Part shown: in pieces, positions 13,885 through 26,443 of the stretch | Position numbering within the stretch: position 1 is the stretch's first letter | How the letters are laid out: each line of letters begins with the position of its first letter | Origin: Paramecium tetraurelia | Lineage: Eukaryota | Length of the DNA stretch: 64,000 bases | Direction of reading: 5' to 3' | NCBI GenBank assembly: GCA_000165425.1 | Contig: CT867986.1 | Coordinates: 434,001 to 498,000 of the forward strand | The notes under the pieces: generated by a model | The model's input: only the letters and a program-made list of their open reading frames with translations | The model's database searches: none | What the model was told of the DNA's origin: nothing | Made by a program: the position numbers and the translations under genes

Positions 13885-16618
13885 ATGTAATAACATTTTA
13901 ATTACGCACGATTATTAAGATATCCATTTTCCAACTATAAGAATTATGGCTAGTTAACCTAAGTGAAGCTTGATAAAAGCTTATTAGAAAATATAGAGAA
14001 TAAGCAATATCATTTCATTTAGTACTTTAGATAAAATGGACATTTGGTTGCCTAATTGGATCCATTACAATTGATAGAGAGGTAAAAATAGATGTGATTC
14101 ATAACTAGCCAATAGAAAGAGATGCCAGGAGTATTGGATTTCGGAATCAAATACAACGATGATATCAAGGTGAGCAATATATTGAAGAAGGATGTGAAGA
14201 GTGTGGAAGAATTGGAAGAATATATAAACAAATTGTACGCATAGAGTGTAGGAGTGGAATTTGAATAAATAGAGGATCCAGAGGAGAAGTAATGGCTGCA
14301 TGAAAACTATGAAAAGTTTATGAATGAGGAAATTACATAAGCCGACAGAGTTAGTATTCACAACTTGTTGGTGCAAATGGAAGCTATAGATCATTACTAT
14401 CATAAGAAGTTCACCACTTTTAAAAGGTATGCTGGAGAAGGAGGAGAAGGTGTGATTGTGGCTTTGAGAGCAATTTACGGCTAAGCTGTGGAATTGGGAG
14501 TCACCGACGTCGTATAATCAATGGCACATAGAGGAAGATTCCCATTGATGAGTAGTTTGTTAGATTTCCCCCCCAGCGATATTTTTAGAAAAATTATGGG
14601 GGAAAACGATTTACCCTAAGAATACACTTTTGGTGTCGATGATGTAGTTCATCACTTGTCAACATCAAATAAAAAGAAGTTTAATAACAAAGACTTAACA
14701 ATAACCGTTGTCCATAATCCATCTCATTTGGAGGCTGCTAATCCCGTTAGTTAGGGTAAGGCAAAAGCTAAGTAAGATGATTACGGTAATATTGATTAAG
14801 TTTTAAATTTATAATTACATGGGGATGCAGCTTTTGCAGGTTAAGGAATTGTTTATGAAAGCATGTTGCTTTCTGGATTAGACAACTATTCCAATGGGGG
14901 TACTGTTCACATCATCCAAAACAATTAGATTGGTTATACAACCAATATAAAGGATTCTCGATTTTCAAGATATAGTTCAGATCTCCTATTGGCCTACAGA
15001 TACCCAATTCTTCATGTCAATGGAGAGGATGTGGAAACCCTCCACAAGGTCTCTAAATTTGCAGTTGAATACAGACAGAAATTTAAAAAGGACATTCTGA
15101 TTGACATTGTAACCTACAGAAAATACGGTCATAATGAAGTCGATGAGCCTTCCTTTACTTAGCCAAACATGTATGAAAAAGTCAGAAAAGCCAAGTCTTT
15201 ACCTGTGAAATACAATTAACAACATTTCAGATAGGAGGACTATGAAAAAATCAGATAGAAAGTGTTTGCTTATTTGGATTCAGAATATGAAAAGGCTAAA
15301 ACTCTGAAGTAGACATTGGCCAAAGTGACAGATGAAAAATCAAAGGGATCGAAAGCATTTACATAGAAATGGAATAAGATGAAATTCAGTCAGTTTTGTG
15401 GATAGGATGCAAAGACTGGATTAAATAAGGAGTATTTAGTTAATTTAGCTAAGTAATCAGTTGTTATTAAACCAAACTTTAATTTACATCCTAGATTATA
15501 GAAATATTTCATAGATGATCGTTTAGATTAGATTCAAAAGAATTCTATAGATTGGGCAACCTGTGAAACTATTGCTGTTGGATCCTTATTGGAAGAAGGA
15601 TTCAATGTAAGATTGAGTGGAGAAGATGTTGAAAGAGGAACCTTTAGTTAAAGACATTGGGCATTTGTCGATTAGAAAACAGAAGAAAAATGGATTCCTA
15701 TGTAGAACTTTGCAGAAGCCAAAATGCAAGGAAGACTCCAAGTTGCCAATAGTCCTTTGGCTGAGGCTTCAGTGATGGGCTATGAATTCGGTTACTCTTT
15801 AGAAAACCCTAACAATTTGGTTATGTGGGAGGCTCAATTCGGAGATTTTTACAATACTGGATAGCATATGTCTGATACCTTTATAACATGTGCAGAAGAA
15901 AAATGGATGAGACAAAGTAGTTTGGTGTTGCTTTTGCCCCATGGATATGATGGTGCAGGTCCAGAGCATTCAAGTTCCAGAATGGAAAGATGGTTATAAT
16001 AAGGAGTCCAAAATTAAAACTTCTAATTTGCAATTCCATCCAGTCCTAGTTCCATATTCCACATTTTGAGAAGATAAATGCATAGACAATTTAGAAAGCC
16101 TTTAGTGATTGCCAATGCCAAATCATGTAAATAATATTGTTATATTTTTAGTATTGAGATCAAACAAGGCGAAGTGCACATTTGAAGACTTAGGTGAAGA
16201 TAAATCCTTCTAAAGAATAATTACCCATAAATAAGGGGATCGTCCTAATAAAGTGATATTTACATATGGAAAATTTGTTTATGACTTGTTAGAATAATTG
16301 GAGAAGAAGAATGCCAGCAATTATGTGACTTTTACATTTGAATAATTGTTGCCATTCCCTAAACAGGAATTAGAATTAGGATTAAAATAATTAGATAAGG
16401 ATGTTAAATTCTATTTTGTTCAAGAGGAACCTCAGAATCAAGGTGGTCTTAATTATTGTCAATTACAAATCGATCAAGTTTTGACCTCTTTACAATTTAC
16501 CAATAAATCTTTGAATTATATAGGCAGACCTGAATGTCCGAGTGTCGCAGTTGGAGCAACTGTTCTACATAAATAAGAATTACAAAACATTGTTAAATAA
16601 ATTGATAGTATATTATGA
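13885..16618 (+). CDS. DHTKD1: 2-oxoadipate/2-oxoglutarate dehydrogenase E1, DHTKD1-like, mitochondrial
   Basis: [26 protein letters not shown] motif [62 protein letters not shown]; presequence-like [16 protein letters not shown]. Confidence 0.9.
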
Positions 16619-16642
16619 TAAATTATTAAAAAATTTATTTTT

Positions 16643-17366
16643 ATGCAAGCAGAATTCGATGTAGAAAGACCTTCTTATTAATAATTAAATGAAGAAACAC
16701 CAAAATCAACTTGCTTGTATTATTAAGATGATCCAATAACGTTGTATAATTAAGTAAACTATGATTTAATTGTTATAGTTTATCAGATTATACAATTAAG
16801 ACATCAATCAAGTAAATGGAATTAGATTAGAGGAGATGAAGTCTAGCAAGGTTGTGCAATTTATTCACAATTATTTACGCAATTTTGTTGGTTCATTTGT
16901 TTTATTGATAATCTTATTCATTCCTTTATTGAACATTGGTTTTTACATTCTGATTTTGTTCGCTGCTATAAGTTTGAATTAGAATTATTTGATATTCAGG
17001 AACAATATAAGTAAATGTTAAATCGATTACATAGGTTTGGTTTTAGACCCTTTTGGCAACATGGTAGAAAATTAAGACATATGTGTGATGATGAAAAAAA
17101 ATTATTTGGTTTTTAAACTTGATATTAAAGAAACAGAGGGACTTCATTTTTCCAAAAATGTCAAGGAGATGATCAAAAATAGATCCAGTGGGACTGGTGA
17201 CAATAAAATCGAATTTACTATTTATAACCAAAATTTGAAGTAAGATTATTATGGATTTCCAAATTATCGATGCAGCTATTTAGTATGGAGTCTTAGTGGC
17301 TGCCTCATAATTATTGCAGAATGTGTTTTTCTTATAATCTTAATAAAAATGGTAGACCACGAGTGA
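16643..17366 (+). CDS. Hypothetical multi-pass membrane protein
   Basis: Code-6 ORF with hydrophobic stretches FVGSFVLLIILFIPLLNIGFYILILFAAISL and LVWSLSGCLIIIAECVFLIILI; one intron. Confidence 0.55.
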
Positions 17367-17416
17367 AATTATGTTTTATGTGTATTAAGTAAATAATTGA
17401 ATGAACAAATGTCATT

Positions 17417-18718
17417 TCAATATACATCTTTTAATATGAATCTCAGAATGTCTGAAATTGTAATTATGGCTTGAATTTATCTGTTTGAAGACAAACATAT
17501 CAAAGCTGAGCTATCTGATAAAACCAGATTTTCAACAACCTTATAAGACGAATTTTGTTACTTCTTTTATGGTTTAATCCATACTAAAGAATTGTTTAGA
17601 ATAGTATTAATAGGCTGGTATTCTTGCTTTTTCAGTTTGCAAGAAAACTAACAATTAGGAAGCTGTCTAGGAAAACTATTGTTGTATTGATGTAAGTTTA
17701 CCAACTCAAATAAACCGTTTTTGATTATCAAGATGATGTCTCTTCTGTTGATTTATCCCACATACTCCTCATTGTTGTTAACGATCGGGATGATATAAGA
17801 CTTATGATTGTGCATCATAGTATAAAATACTCTTGTTTAAAATTCAATAGATACTAATAGACAGTTTCATTCTCCTTACAAGTTACAATTTCCTTTTGTC
17901 GATTGTAATTAGAGAAAAACACTTTGATGCTGACTTAATGTTAAGATAGAATATTATTTTGTTATTTTAGGATCGTCCCTAAATATTGAGTAAAGCCCTT
18001 GATTAAAAATGACAATATGTCCTTTTAATGAATCACTCCTTGAAACATCAGTGTTTCTGGATCAACGACGAAAAGTCGACTGGTCCCAGACTTCACTATC
18101 TTCACACAAGCATCATATAATCTTTCATCATTTCTCCCCTGAACAAATCCAATTTGAGATTCCAACTATTTTGAATTAAGAGTGAGCAATTACATCGTCC
18201 TTCAATATGCGATTCCATTGTCTGATGGAAATAGTTTTCATCTCATAAATTAATCTTAGTTTTTAATCGTCGTTCAATTCCCTCGGCTACTATTTCTGAG
18301 ACTGACTCTTCTAGGTGCTTTCTTCCTGGTCTTCGCTTTCCTCCTCAATTACATTGAATAAGGGGCCAGACTGTTATACTTAATTAAATTTAATATTATA
18401 CATGAAGATTTATTGTTAAATGCATTTTCGTATAATTTCAACAGCACCTTTATCAAATCTGAGTGCGTGAATACTCCATCATAATTGGAAATGTCTGAAC
18501 TCCAAAACAACGTTTCTTCCAAGTTCTCCTCAACAAAAATCTAAAATACTTCCCAACAAGTGAACGTCTAATCCAATACAATCAGCTTGTAATTATTATC
18601 ACACCCATACCTAATTGTGATGAGCCAAACAATCGTAGAGAGTATTGTCTTTTAGAAATTAAGTAATCGTGTCTTTGTATTTGCTAATTTCTTAAGTTGA
18701 GATTTATAATTAATTCAT
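17417..18718 (-). CDS. AMP-activated protein kinase gamma subunit-like (CBS domains)
   Basis: FLKDNTLYDCL..LIVLDQ..LFWSS..YDGVFTHSDLIKVL and LYDACVKIV..RLFVVDPET..IHQKDILSFL and ITISDILRFI parallel AMPK-gamma CBS1, CBS2 and CBS4. Confidence 0.8.
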
Positions 18719-19522
18719 AATATAAATTTTATATCATTAATTGAGCTCTTTGCTTATTGAATCAATGAATCCTAAATTCTACATTTAACTCATTGATAAT
18801 CCCTCTACTCAAGCACAATAAATACTGCGACATCTCACTTCTAAAGGATCATAATAGTTTACTAATGGCATATGTTTATTTTAAATTAATTTAATATAGT
18901 CTTATTACTCTTGTTAAGATATTCTTAATAAATTAAATTGATTAAAAGCATATATTTAAATCATAAACTAATCCTATTGTTTCTATTAGCTTTATATGGT
19001 TTAAAATTAATAACATATATCTTTCTCAGATTTCAGATTTATTTAAAATACTCTAGTAATTAATTTTATACCACTAGCTTATTATTATTTATAACTCTTT
19101 AAAAATGCACTCTCTTCATAGATACAAAAGAAATTTCAATTTATTATAAATTAATCTTAGGGAGATATAGATATAAGCATAGGAAATTTAATTAAATCCT
19201 GCTGCTTTCCAATATTATTATATATCTTGATTGATATTCTAATTTAATTGAATATTTTATATTATATCTATTCTTAATACCGATAGATTGCTAAATTTAA
19301 AACATAGATATATAATATTTTTAACCAATTTTAGATATTCAATTGATCTCTTAATCATAATTGAATTTATTTGCTTTTGAATTATAAATAGATCTTTATC
19401 TAAATATTATTCTTGATTGACTTGAATTTGTTCAGTTTGTACCGTTTGTTCATTCTCATTAACAGAATTATTTAAATATTGATATTTTTCAATGGTGAAA
19501 AAATTCTAAAAATTAAAAATAA

Positions 19523-21209
19523 TCATTTTGGCTCTTTTAATTGGCCTAGCCATTATAATATAATAGTCATATCTTCAAATACTCCCTCTGAGGATATCCA
19601 ACTAGATTTACATTACTTATACAAGGATTCGCAAGCAGATTAAATATCACTCAGAGAAAAGCCACTTAAATGATTCTTAACATCGTCATCAACTTGATAG
19701 GCAAAGGTAGGTGATGTAGTTAGTACTAAAAAGACATCCTAATTAGTTATGTCATATTCTCGAAAATTAGGTTCTGATAATACACCTATGTCATGGGCTA
19801 TCAAATCGCCTATGCTTCTGGACACATGTAATTGGGGATACAATCTTCCTCTAACAAAGATATATTCTTCTCCCTAAGGATTCTTCCTCACTTCTCCTCC
19901 ACTATTAAAAATCCTAGTTTTTTCAGAATGGTCACTAGGTGAATGAGTTGGCAATATTTAGGTGATGTTCTTAATTTGTTTGCCATTATGAATATGCTCT
20001 TTTTGGATGTAGACTCTATTGTCTCCGATTTATGCACAATACAATTTGGAATCTCTTTAGATGATAACTAAACATAAGCATTTTCATAGTACCTGTTAGA
20101 ACACAGCCACTGAGCAATATGTTATGAGTGTCATCTAGTTTCTTTTTCTCAATGTACAATTTTAATTTGTCTTATAACTTTTTAAATAGAATCTCTAGTC
20201 CTTTCATGGGATGTGAATAAAATTTAGGAGTTCTGATTAAGTAATGGAATACCAATCTATAGGTCAAATTGCTAATTTATTCTCCAAATTTTCCATGTCC
20301 ATTACTTAAAATGAAAATCTTCTGATAACTATCATTGTAGATCAAATAATCTGAGGTCAAGGGAGTTGTATCATTTTTGTTTCCTTTTTTACTAGTGATT
20401 GCTATTCCGATTTGGTTTAATAATTGTTCAGGAGAGTAATCAGTTTATAGTTCTGATTTAGACATATCTCTATGATCATCTCTATAGGATAGTTCTGATT
20501 CTTGTTCGTCTAGACTTTATTATCTACATGCCAATTTGACTAGTTTGTCCTTTCCTGGCTGCAATTACTATTCACTATTTATAGTTCTTATATATAATTG
20601 ATTTACAGGATAATGATGAGGTAGGGGTTATTTAACTAATTGTATAGTTTGATTGATATCATTTATGTTAAGATTGGCTAAAAATTATTAATCAGCATTA
20701 GAATTAATACTGCTTTTTCTTGAAGTTACGGCTTCTTCAGCCTATAAGATGCATTATTTTATTAATTTAGTGTCATTGTCTCTCTCATCTTAAGAATCAT
20801 CACTTTAGAAATTATAGAATTTGCTTGATCTTTTATTATTGCATAATTATTTTTCTTCAATGTCGCTTTCTTCGTCACTGTCCGTAAAATTCTTTTTCTT
20901 TTAATTTGAAATATGCATATTACTTGATTTAACTGATGAGCTAGGAGATCTTGATATTTGTTCAATATCATCAGAGAAGACAATTGAAGAATTTTAATCT
21001 TATTAAAGAGGTTATTTAAAGCTTTTATTCTAGATTTGTGATTCCATAAAGTTCTTAGTCTCTAAATTTTTGAGGATGGTCATCTTGCTCATCCACTTTC
21101 TGGACAATTGTGATTATTCAATTCCAATGCCTTCTTCAATGAATATGTCATTCTGAGCTTATGACTTTTGATGCTTGTATTCTTGTTCTACACTTGCACC
21201 ACTTCCCAT
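19523..21209 (-). CDS. PP2C/PPM-fold protein, N-myristoylation-type start, catalytic Asp residues missing
   Basis: MGSGAS start; NGHG, SGCVLT, CAQIGDNR, EKTRIFNSGGEV, VSRSIGD, EPNF, EDMTII; ends QWLGQLKEPK*. Confidence 0.8.
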
Positions 21210-21281
21210 AGATTTGATTCGATTATAATTTTATAATATGTTATTACCAATAAATAACTTATAAATGATATTGATTACATT

Positions 21282-22670
21282 TCAGATTTGCTTTAAGGAA
21301 GACTACTTGGCTGCATCGCCAATTAAAACATTCGGTAATCTCCAAGCCTTACTAATATATGAATGTGATACTCTAATATATCTGTCCTCTCCCCCCGTTA
21401 ATAGCAAGTTCTCGTTCTCAAAATTCCTTATCTTACTAACACTATTAATGTGGGCATTTATTATAACTAAATACATCACGAATAGCTTACACAAAGACGA
21501 AAAGTCAGAACTATCATATGCCGTGACTGAGCCATCCTTATTACCAACATAAATCATCTGTCTACTCTCTGAGTGACTAATTTCTTTACTCTCTCATAAT
21601 TAATTTATTATCTTACTTACACTTTCCCTTTCCCCTTCTGCAAAACCGTGTACGTTTCCGTTTCCAAGATAAGTATTACCCCATTTTGATTCACACAGTA
21701 TAATTTGTAGTTGCATTTTGCAATTCCCTTGATATTCTCCAATTGAGTATCAAATTTCAGTAGAAGGGACATTTTTTAATTCTGCAGTTCATAAACAAAG
21801 ATGGCTCCAACCAAGTCATAAACATATGCCTTTTCATCGCTTATCAACATTCCTTACAGATCTTTAAGAGTCTAATTAACTAAGAAAATATTTTTATTCA
21901 TCGAGAAAACTCTTAAATGTATAGCATAATTCATACTTGAATTCAGATTCGCTTACAGAACATAAGCACCCATTTATCAAATGAACAGCTAGCACTTTTG
22001 ATGAATGTTAGTTGTATTCCTTAAATGACGCTATTTCATTTTATTGATTCAATAGGAATAAAGTAAGTGTGCCATCTATGAATCCAACCACAACCGTATT
22101 CTCAAGATGATGAAAACAAGTAGTTTACTTAGTGAATGAGTGGGTCCATTCTTTCTTGAACACTTCTTCTTTTTAAAGCCAACATTCTAAAGTTCCCAAT
22201 GCTTATGAATTCTGATTGACTTTATTAAAGATGGAAGGCACGCTCTTCTTCTCGCTTCCCAAGACGAGCATCAGACCCATGTCAAAATTAATTGAAAAGT
22301 CTTTGATTGGTTGGCTAAGGCCTTCGAATTCATAAATCATTTGGATAGATTGGGCCAATCCTAAAAATGATTGAAATTGGTAAGATTTGACTATTCGAGG
22401 GTTCTTGTACAGCTCTTTGATGTAGATGTCAAGAGCCTTTTGTCGTTTTTCTAATTGCTCGATAGACTTGCCAATAAGCACAGTCACATATTATTTGGGT
22501 GGTAAGTTGGGCAAAGGAAAGTAGGGCAGCAAAGACTGATGGAGTTCCTCGAATTGAGAGAATCTATGACTCTAAAGTAATCAATACCTTTTTTGTAGAA
22601 CAGTATTCTCAAATTACACAACATAGTATATAACATTATTTTGATTTTCATAGCCCACAACAGAAATCAT
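21282..22670 (-). CDS. PX-domain + WD40-repeat protein
   Basis: YYVV..KRFSQFEELHQSL..LPNLPPK..LEKRQKAL..Y is a PX domain. Downstream VVGFIDGTL, IYVGNKDGSV, AHINSV..LLTGGEDRYI are WD40-like. Confidence 0.8.
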
Positions 22671-22743
22671 AAATTAATTACAATTTCAATAGTAACACAC
22701 ACATATAGTCATCGTCTGTTATTTTTCTTAATAAAATTATAAT

Positions 22744-24874
22744 ATGTAAAATTTTCAAGAGGAAACTCTAGTTCGCTCTCTCATTTCCAATATCTGCAGA
22801 CCTATAGTTGAAAAGTAATCAAAGCATCGTAATATAGAATTGAAAATATTCAGAAGGAAGTCGAATGCATCCAGTTTTCCATACATCAGCACGACAGAAA
22901 GATAGATATTTTGTCAGATAAATCAGATCAATTAGCATATGACATGTAGTGCACTCCCATTTATAGTAGCAAACTCAATAACGATGCAATTAGCAATCTC
23001 AGAATGAATATCCAAGATGATGAACAAAAAGTGTTTGATCTGGAAAGGCATTTCAACTTGGAGTTCAATAAAACCAGATTGGAATAGGGGGCTATAAAAT
23101 TGGAATAAGAAAACCAAAAGAAGGAAATCAAAATCTTAGGAGATATACAACAGAGCTTAACTGAGAGAGTTGAAATTTACAATAACTATCTAAGTCAGAA
23201 GTTGTATCAACAAGAATTTTCAATTAACAATGTTGACACTTCCAATTCGAAAGTAGTCAAGCAGTTAACAGAAACTAATCTCAAAGTATCTAATCCCCAA
23301 TATCATTAGAATCAAGAAGAAATATCCTCTCTAAACACATAAACAAAAGATCTCTTATCCAAAATTTAGTACAATGAATAAGAGATCCTTAAAATTTAAT
23401 GTAGCAAATAATGGATGCAAGATATGATCGTAGAATTAAGATAAAAATCCTAATTCTTTTTGACTATCGATCAAATAGATGTGGTCTAGCAGTCATAAAC
23501 ACCCATAAGAATACAACATATTAATAATACTTCAACTATCTAAAAGTATTAATCACATTTTTATTAGTTAAGTTGATTTAGAAAAGATTTAAGAAATTAT
23601 TGATGATAAGTTTCTAGAACTAACAAATGTGATTAATGCTTAAATTCAATAATAATAATAATAATCTCAAGAATAACTTAAAAGTTAATTAGATGAATTC
23701 AAAATAACATTAGTTAAACTTAAAAATGAAAGTGCTAAAAATAGTTAATCTATCAATTCCTATTTAAAGGATTCAAATGAAAAAATATAAAATGCCATAA
23801 ATGTTGCCTAAGATTCAAAAATAAAGTCAAAATAGCAAATCAACCAACTCGATGAATTAATCTAAAAACAACTCCAAAAAATTACTTAAGATATTTAAAC
23901 TATCTAAATCAATATAACTGGACTGGATCTTAGAATGGCTGAAACACATATTAAAGTAGTTAATGTATAAGAAAAACAACATGAAATTCAAGTGCATCAA
24001 ACATCATTTTCATATTTGAACAATCAAAATGAAGTTCTAAATTTTATGCCCATGAAACAAGATTCATTGTGTTCTGATTCCTTTCTAAACAACAATGTTG
24101 CTACCTAAAAAATGACGAAAACAGAGGAAACTATTTAAGCTTAACTTGCATAATAAGTTTAAATGAAAAAAAAAGTAGAAATCTAAATTTAGGACACAGA
24201 ATAAATGCCAATAATTATGTAAAATTTAGATGAATAGGACATTTATATAAAGAACTTACCCAAAATTCAAAATGATATTATTAAACTTAAATCAGACTTT
24301 TTTAATGAATAACAATACAATTAGAATCAAATGACTAAATTATTGAAATCAAAATCAATCACTGATTAATCAATCAAGGATATCGATTAATAATTAAGAT
24401 AGTTTAATTAATATTTCAATGTGATTTTCTCATTGATTTTACATAATGAATTAATAGGAACAGATAATCAAGCAAAAGTCATAGGAAATGGATTTAAATT
24501 TGAATTCATACCATTTCAATAAGACGAAAAAACAATCATGACTTATTAAAACAACAAGATTGCTAAGGTGGACCTACTTATGAAAACTATCACCAGTAGC
24601 CATTCCATTATTAAAAAACAAAGATAAAACACATTCGATTTCTAGTAGGATAATAAAAAGAGGCTTGAAACTGAGACAAGTCGAGAATTAAAAAGTATGA
24701 TTTATGCATATGATTGTAGCTATGTATAGCAACAAGAAGTATAGATTATGGGATGACAAATAAATCACTTAGACTGAGAGACTCAATTTATCTGTGGATG
24801 CTACTGCATATTAACAATTACCAAAGTAGAAAGTAAAGAGGGTTCTAGTAAAGTATAAGAGATTATTAAGTTGA
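22744..24874 (+). CDS. Hypothetical coiled-coil protein
   Basis: Long Q/K/E/N-rich code-6 ORF with tiny introns; no recognisable domain. Confidence 0.55.
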
Positions 24875-24908
24875 TTTATTAATTTATATTATATTATTAA
24901 GGATTGAC

Positions 24909-26431
24909 ATGGAAAATTAATTAATAGCATTTGTGGGTGATCCTGCAGTTGGGAAGACTTCGATTATTAAATATTTAAAGGGATTGGAATTCGAAGAAGA
25001 TTATAGTCCAACTGAATAAATAGAGACCACAGATGTCACAATTCAAAATAATGAAACAATTACAATTTATGATACTCCAGGAAATGCGGCAGAAAGAAAA
25101 TAGGTAATTGAGATGCTAAAGAGTATCCAAGTAGTGTTTGTGTGTTTTGATGTTGAAAATATTGATTCATTTGATTCAACATTATAATGGTTAGATGATA
25201 TCAAAAAATAAATAAACAATTCAATGTAAGTATGTCTGGTGGCTTGTAAAATTGATTCTGATAGCAGATAGATTTCTCAAGAGCAGGCATTTGAATTTAT
25301 TAATGATTATCCTAATGTCGAATATTTAGAAGTGAGTGTGAAGACAGGAGAAAACATGGACATGCTTATAGATGTAACTCAAATTAATTATACCTCAGAA
25401 AATACCTGTGACTACACCTTAAGGCGATGGAGATTTATAATAGTCGTATAGAACCCAACAATCAAATAAACAATCTGAAAAACCTGCTCACAGTCCTGAA
25501 AGACAATCATAGACTTACAAATCCCAAACTAGTTTGTTAAATAAGGAGGAACCCTTGTGGAAAGTCTATGACTTTTTATTTCCAACTGGGAGAGTGGCTA
25601 AATTAGTAAAGATATCAGATGTCGATGCCAAAAATTTGTCCATTTAAGATATTTTGTTTAAATTGCAATTGAATTAAAGTTATCCAGTTGTAAATTTGAT
25701 TGGAGCCAAGGAAACCAATAAGGGGAAATTCTATGCAGGGATTGCTAGGGCCTGTTTTAATACTGTATCCAATTTGTCTTATTTGAATTTAGGATGCTGT
25801 CATTGTAGATAGTGGAATCTCAACTGGCATTGAAAAATACGCGATCAGAAGAGGAGTCAAATTGATTGGAGTGGCTCCGGAATAGGAAGTCAAATATCCG
25901 AATTAAAGTACTGGATTCATTGATCCTTATGAGATTAGTAACGGACATACACATATATTTCTGCTAAGTAATTATGATGAAATTATGAGTTTAGATAACA
26001 AAGAGAAGATGATGGTTTTTGGATTGGAAGGAGTTTTCAAGATAAATTTGTGCAAAAAGTAGAACATTGAGTTTATTTTTAATTTAGATTGGCTGAAGGG
26101 AGGTTGGCAAAAAATGGTCAGAGGGAGAGTATGAAGGTGGTGCACATTCTTTTGGGGGAGCAGGAAGGGTTTTTGAATGAATTGTAGTAGGCAGTTATGG
26201 CCAATCAGCCGATCATAGTGATCAAGGGGTCTCCTTTGTGTGATTAATACTTTTAAAATTATAATAACCCTCATGCGAATTATTCAAATGCAAGTAAGGG
26301 GTGTTTGCATTTATAAAATAGGTTTTGGATAATTGGTGAGGAAGGGCCATTTTTATGGACTAAACAGTTTGGATTCGGAAGATATTGCCCAATATGTCCA
26401 CTTCTTTTTGACAGTGACTCCATATAATTGA
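24909..26431 (+). CDS. Rab/Ras-like small GTPase fused to a SLOG (LSDAT/TRPM N-terminal-like) domain
   Basis: G1 GDPAVGKT, G3 DTPG, G4 CKID, G5 SVK. After intron 25374-25398 and a linker: PVVNLIGA, AVIVDSGISTG, LIGVAP, HTHIFLL, FGLE, PIIVIKGS. Confidence 0.8.
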
Positions 26432-26443
26432 TTAATTATTCTT

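Noticed and set aside
18735..19526. Minus-strand open frame whose ATG overlaps the PP2C stop (ATGA)
   Set aside because: Very AT-rich, no motifs, and exon structure could not be fixed; may be a gene but unsupported.
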